A stretch of DNA of 64,000 bases. Source: an uncultured Eubacteriales bacterium. Its GTDB lineage: Bacteria > Bacillota > Clostridia > Oscillospirales > Acutalibacteraceae. Positions 59,931 to 64,000 of the stretch are shown piece after piece; positions within the stretch are counted from its first letter, which is position 1, and each line of letters begins with the position of its first letter. A program made the translations under genes and the position numbers. The notes below the pieces were generated by a model that worked only from the letters and a program-made list of their open reading frames with translations, had not been told where the DNA came from and did not search any database. The DNA is taken from positions 2,621-66,620 of the forward strand of contig CAKSHJ010000009.1 in assembly GCA_934457095.1 (NCBI GenBank), in the 5' to 3' direction.

Positions 59931-60989
59931 ATGGAGCAAAGGAGGCGGGGATCCTTGAACAATCAAAATGCAAAAGCAAGGCTGGCTTGGAAGATCGGCA
60001 AGCGCTGTCTCGTTTTTGTGGCTGCTATGTTTCTGCTGTCGGTGGTGGTGTTCGTGTTTGCGCGGCTGGCTCCCGGGGACCCTTTGCAGGCGTTCTACGG
60101 CGACGCGGTGGAAAGCATGACCGCGCAGGATATGCAGGACGCCAGGGCAAGGCTGGGGCTCGACGGCCCCATTTCGCTCCAATATTTCCGCTGGCTCGGC
60201 GGCGTGTTCCATGGGGATTTCGGCATCTCGCTGCAATACAAAATGCCGGTCATGCAGGTGATCGGGCCGTTAATCGGCAATACGCTGCTGCTTGGCGGCA
60301 CCGGTTATGTTCTGGTTTTTGCCGTGTCGATTCTGTTGGCTATGGTCTGCGCTAGGTTTGAGGACAGCTGGCTGGATAAGCTCATCTGCAAGGTCAGCAC
60401 GGTCATCTACTACATCCCGCCCTTCTGGGCCGGCGTGGTGCTGATTTTGATCTTCAGCATCAGTCTGCGCTGGTTCCCGAGCAGCGGGGCCTACGATACG
60501 GGCATGGCGGCGGACATCGGCAACCGCGTTTCCCATATGATTTTGCCCTTGGCGGTCATGATGGGGAGCCACTTCTGGTACTACACCTACCTGATCCGCA
60601 ACAAGCTGCTCGACGAGGTTCGCAAGGATTACGTCCTACTTGCCAAATCCAACGGGCTTGGGAAGAGCCGGATCCTTTGGGGACACTGCCTGCGGAACGT
60701 CGCGCCGACCATCGTGAGCGTGATGGCGATTTCCATCCCCCACGTGCTCAGCGGCACGTATATCGCCGAGGCGGTGTTCAACTATTCGGGTATCGGGGCG
60801 CTGGGCGTGGAGAGCGCCAAGTACCACGATTATAACCTTTTGATGGTGGTGGTCCTGCTCACCGGGATTCTGGTGATTGCCAGCAGTCTGCTGGCTCAAA
60901 CCATCAATGAGAGTATCGACCCCAGAATGAAAGTAACGGAGGTGTCGTTATGGCGGCGCAGGCGCAGGAAAAAGACTTATTCCGCATAG
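59931..60989 (+). CDS. ABC peptide/nickel transporter permease (DppB/OppB-like)
   Basis: Six-TM BPD_transp_1 protein with N-terminal ...FARLAPGDP. An alternative TTG start at 59955 follows AAGGAGG. Confidence 0.85.
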   Translation: MEQRRRGSLNNQNAKARLAWKIGKRCLVFVAAMFLLSVVVFVFARLAPGDPLQAFYGDAVESMTAQDMQDARARLGLDGPISLQYFRWLGGVFHGDFGISLQYKMPVMQVIGPLIGNTLLLGGTGYVLVFAVSILLAMVCARFEDSWLDKLICKVSTVIYYIPPFWAGVVLILIFSISLRWFPSSGAYDTGMAADIGNRVSHMILPLAVMMGSHFWYYTYLIRNKLLDEVRKDYVLLAKSNGLGKSRILWGHCLRNVAPTIVSVMAISIPHVLSGTYIAEAVFNYSGIGALGVESAKYHDYNLLMVVVLLTGILVIASSLLAQTINESIDPRMKVTEVSLWRRRRRKKTYSA

Positions 60990-61861
60990 TGGGCGCGGGC
61001 TACCGGGTGCATACGCCCCAGCTGAAAAAACCCACCCTGCGGCACAAGCTCAGGGGCAAGCCGCTGGTTTCCATGACGGTTCTAGGCGTGATTTTTTTGG
61101 GCTGCTTTGCCGCAGAGTTCATCATGAACAACGACCCGACCGCCTTTTATCTCGACCACTGCAGCGAAGCGCCAAACGGCACGTTCTACTTTGGCACCGA
61201 CTTCCTCGGACGGGATATTTTTTCGCTGATTTGGTTCGGCGGGCGGGTGTCCATTTTAATCGGCCTGCTCAGCGCGGCAATCATCACGGCCATCGGCATT
61301 GTGTACGGGTGTATCAGCGGTGTCTCCGGCAGCCGTCTGGATTCTTTCCTCATGCGCGTTACCGAGGTGGCTGGCAGCATCCCCTCGATTCTCTTTATCT
61401 TATTGATTACCGCCTTTTTCGGCAACAACAATATCCTTACCCTGTCTCTGGTCATCGGAATCGTCGGCTGGTTCAGCCTAGCCAGAATCGTACGCAGCGA
61501 GGTGCGGCAGATCCGCAGCCAAGAGTATGTTCTGGCCGCCCGTTGCATGGGCGCTGGGTTCGGGCATATCATGCGCAGGCACCTAGTCCCCAATTTTGTA
61601 TCGGCCATCATGTTCGTCATTATTTCCGGCATCAGCACCAGCATGGTGACTGAAGCCACCCTCAGTTTCCTCGGGCTGGGGTTGCCCGTGGAGGTCGTGT
61701 CCTGGGGCAGTATGCTGTCCCTAGCGAACCGGGCCTTGCTGCTCGGAACCTGGTGGGTCATTTTGATTCCCGGTTTCTTTTTGGTCGTCACCCTGCTGTG
61801 CATTACCAATATCGGGCACGCGCTGCGCAAGGAGGTCAATCGCCGGCCAAGCAACCTTTGA
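60950..61861 (+). CDS. ABC peptide/nickel transporter permease (DppC/OppC-like)
   Basis: OppC-type N-terminal TM segment, GTDFLGRDIFS, and an EAA-loop region. The start is uncertain because it overlaps the upstream gene by 40 nt. Confidence 0.8.
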   Translation: MAAQAQEKDLFRIVGAGYRVHTPQLKKPTLRHKLRGKPLVSMTVLGVIFLGCFAAEFIMNNDPTAFYLDHCSEAPNGTFYFGTDFLGRDIFSLIWFGGRVSILIGLLSAAIITAIGIVYGCISGVSGSRLDSFLMRVTEVAGSIPSILFILLITAFFGNNNILTLSLVIGIVGWFSLARIVRSEVRQIRSQEYVLAARCMGAGFGHIMRRHLVPNFVSAIMFVIISGISTSMVTEATLSFLGLGLPVEVVSWGSMLSLANRALLLGTWWVILIPGFFLVVTLLCITNIGHALRKEVNRRPSNL

Positions 61862-61897
61862 CTGCGGTTTCTATTTCTACCCGAAAGGAGGGACGGC

Positions 61898-63013
61898 ATG
61901 AAGCCTGTTCTTGAAGTCAACCATTTGTCTGTGAGCTTTGATACCCCTCTGGGGGAGCTGGAGGCTGTGCGGGACGTGTCTTGGAAACTCGCGCCCGGCG
62001 AGGTGCTGGCTGTGGTGGGGGAATCCGGCTGCGGGAAGACCGTCATGGTGCAGTCCATCATGAAGCTGCTGCCCCCGACCGCCAAATATAAAGCGGGCCG
62101 GATCCTGGTCGAGGGGGAGGATCTTGTTCCGTATCCGGAGCGGAAAATGCGCAGGCTCCGCGCCAACGCGTTTTCAATGGTGTTCCAGGATCCGATGACG
62201 TCCCTGAACCCGACCATCCCCATTGGAAAGCAGATGGTGCAGGCCATTTGCCGGCACAGGAAGATCAGCCGGGAGGAGGCCCGGGAGAAGGCCATGGAAC
62301 TGATGCGGATGGTGGAGATCGAGGAGGTGGAGGAACGGTTCCGGCTGCAGCCCCATTTCTTTTCCGGCGGGATGCGGCAGCGGTGCGTGCTGGCGATGGC
62401 GCTGGCGTCCGAGCCGAAGGTTATTTTCGCCGATGAGCCGACCACGTCCTTGGACGTTACCGTACAGGCCAAAATCCTCCGGCTCATCCGCAGTCTCAAG
62501 GAGCGGACCGGCGTTTCCTTTGTGTTCATCTCGCACGATCTGGGCGTGGTGGCCGGGGTTGCCGACCGGGTCGCGATTATGTACGCCGGGAAGATTGTGG
62601 AGATCGGTACGGTGCAGGAGGTTTTCTACGACCCTAGGCACCCGTACACATGGGGGCTGCTGTCGGCGCTGCCGGCCTTTGCGGACGAGCGGAATCTGTT
62701 GCGCAGCATCCCCGGCGCGCCGCCGGTCATGATCGACCTGCCCCCGGGCGACGCCTTCGCGCAGCGCAATGCCTACGCCTTGGCGATCGACTACGAACGG
62801 GAGCCACCGATGTTCCGGATTTCGGAAACGCATTCGGCCGCCACCTGGCTGCTGGACCCACGGGCGCCGAAGATCGAGGCGCCGGCCGGGCTTCCCGGCA
62901 ACGCCGCAGCCGCGCCGGTGCCGCCCCTGCGGGATTTGCCTGAAACAGCGGCCCCGGTCCGTACTCCCGCGTCCATCGACGCCGGTCCCGGTCTGGCAGG
63001 AGGTGAGGTATGA
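61898..63013 (+). CDS. ABC transporter ATPase (DppD/OppD-like) with a Pro/Ala-rich C-terminal tail
   Basis: GESGCGKT, FSGGMRQR, FADEPTTSLD, and the oligopeptide C-terminal motif HPYTWGLL. There is an extra ~55-aa low-complexity tail. Confidence 0.85.
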   Translation: MKPVLEVNHLSVSFDTPLGELEAVRDVSWKLAPGEVLAVVGESGCGKTVMVQSIMKLLPPTAKYKAGRILVEGEDLVPYPERKMRRLRANAFSMVFQDPMTSLNPTIPIGKQMVQAICRHRKISREEAREKAMELMRMVEIEEVEERFRLQPHFFSGGMRQRCVLAMALASEPKVIFADEPTTSLDVTVQAKILRLIRSLKERTGVSFVFISHDLGVVAGVADRVAIMYAGKIVEIGTVQEVFYDPRHPYTWGLLSALPAFADERNLLRSIPGAPPVMIDLPPGDAFAQRNAYALAIDYEREPPMFRISETHSAATWLLDPRAPKIEAPAGLPGNAAAAPVPPLRDLPETAAPVRTPASIDAGPGLAGGEV

Positions 63014-63894
63014 CTACCCCGGTTTTGGAGGTGTCGCACCTGCGGCAGTACTTCCGCGTCCATTCCCGTTTTACCGTCAAAGCGGTGGACGATATTTCCT
63101 TTTCCGTGCAGCCCGGCGAAATTTTCGCGCTGGTCGGGGAGAGCGGCTCCGGGAAATCCACGGTCGCGAAAACGGTCATGGGCCTGTACGCACCGACCGA
63201 TGGGGAGATCGCCTTCCAAGGCCACGACATCACACACGCCGCCGGTCGGCGTGCGCATTCCGGTTTGCTTCACCGGAAGATGCAGATTATCTTCCAAGAC
63301 TCCGCTGCGGCGCTCAATCCGCGCATGACCGTCGGGCAGATCATCCTAGAGCCGCTGAAGGTCAACCGGATTTTCCGGGAGAAAAAGGAGCTTGTGCGCC
63401 GGCTGGACGAATTGCTGGAGCTGGTGGGGCTCAACCGGACCTTATGCCAGAAGACGCCGCCGGAAATCTCGGGAGGGCAGCGCCAGCGGGTGGCCATTGC
63501 CAGGAGCATCGCGTTGCAGCCGGACCTGCTCATTGCCGACGAGCCGATCGCCGCGCTGGATGTTTCCATCCAGGCACAGATTGTCAATCTGTTCCAGCAC
63601 CTGCAGGCAGAGCATGGCTTCGCATTCCTGTTCATTGCGCATGACCTGGCCATTGTGCGCTTCCTAAGCGACCGCGTCGGCGTGCTGTACCACGGCAAGC
63701 TGGTGGAGTGTGCGCCCACGGAGGAGCTGTTCCGCAACCCCCTGCATCCGTATACGCGGTCGCTGCTTTCGGCGGTGCCAAAGCCCGACCCCATCGCGGA
63801 ACGAAATAAGGTGCTCCTGGAGTTTGACCGCAGTACCTTTCCGGGCAAGGGCGAGTGGAAAGAGGTTTCCCCGGGACACTTCCTGCTGGACTGA
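63010..63894 (+). CDS. ABC transporter ATPase (DppF/OppF-like)
   Basis: GESGSGKST, ISGGQRQR, IADEPIAALD, HPYTRSLL. ATGA overlap with the upstream gene. Confidence 0.88.
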   Translation: MTTPVLEVSHLRQYFRVHSRFTVKAVDDISFSVQPGEIFALVGESGSGKSTVAKTVMGLYAPTDGEIAFQGHDITHAAGRRAHSGLLHRKMQIIFQDSAAALNPRMTVGQIILEPLKVNRIFREKKELVRRLDELLELVGLNRTLCQKTPPEISGGQRQRVAIARSIALQPDLLIADEPIAALDVSIQAQIVNLFQHLQAEHGFAFLFIAHDLAIVRFLSDRVGVLYHGKLVECAPTEELFRNPLHPYTRSLLSAVPKPDPIAERNKVLLEFDRSTFPGKGEWKEVSPGHFLLD

Positions 63895-64000
63895 CCCTGC
63901 AGTCTCTCGTTCTACGGAGACGCCTCCTCCCTGCTCGCGGTCATTTAGGACGGCGCCCAATTCCGCATTTTGCTCACGGATGTGCTCATGCAGGAGCTGG

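Noticed and set aside
61186-62529. 447-aa ORF on the minus strand spanning the oppC/oppD-like junction
   Set aside because: It is entirely antisense to two well-supported ABC transporter genes in GC-rich DNA. The translation is Ser/Arg/Pro/Thr-rich low-complexity sequence with no motifs, and there is no RBS. Long antisense ORFs are expected where sense codons avoid TTA/CTA/TCA.
62174-63848. Cluster of 160-290-aa ORFs in several frames (62174-62833 minus, 62727-63233 minus, 62769-63644 plus, 63270-63848 minus)
   Set aside because: All overlap the two ATPase genes, which carry complete Walker A, signature and Walker B motifs. The alternative frames are Arg/Pro/Gly/Ala-rich with no recognisable domains.
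63664-64000. Minus-strand ORF entering from the right edge
   Set aside because: Its only long frame runs about 230 nt antisense into the oppF-like gene. It is too short and edge-truncated to judge.

Overview
Chromosomal window from a mid-GC Firmicute; the gene order and type-A RNase P RNA look Clostridia-like. Most of it is core genome. It holds citrate synthase and nadE, a cell-surface polysaccharide locus (3.0-13.0 kb: five GT2/GT4 enzymes, glf, a Wzy/O-antigen-ligase-like protein and a frameshifted GT-C enzyme), and the ddl-murI-DUF1934-argS operon. It also holds rpmG-secE-nusG-rplKAJL with an L10 leader, sbcDC, a D-Ala-D-Ala carboxypeptidase, rnpB, amt plus type III glnA, YfhO, cfa, a CydDC-like exporter operon, purC, murD, two M42 peptidases and two tRNAs. 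There are two accessory patches. (1) 35.5-39.1 kb, just downstream of tRNA-fMet, is a decayed integrative element. It contains a tyrosine integrase, an IS110 transposase remnant, an orphan tRNA 3' fragment and an unannotated array of small cassettes. I read two of these cassettes as tandem Fst/par-like type I toxin-antitoxin modules. Each has a 27-28 aa hydrophobic peptide, a convergent antisense promoter, a shared bidirectional terminator and a copy of the toxin start region. All are linked to a repeated perfect palindrome, TGGGACGTACGTCCCA. This array is the best candidate for something undescribed. (2) From about 54.9 kb, after tRNA-Leu and an IS5 fragment, G+C rises visibly. Gene fragments there are followed by a methyltransferase, a TetR regulator and a five-gene Opp/Dpp-type ABC importer, which suggests a foreign island or an assembly junction. 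No CRISPR array, rRNA or intact prophage was seen. All calls come from reading the sequence and ORF track; no searches were run.
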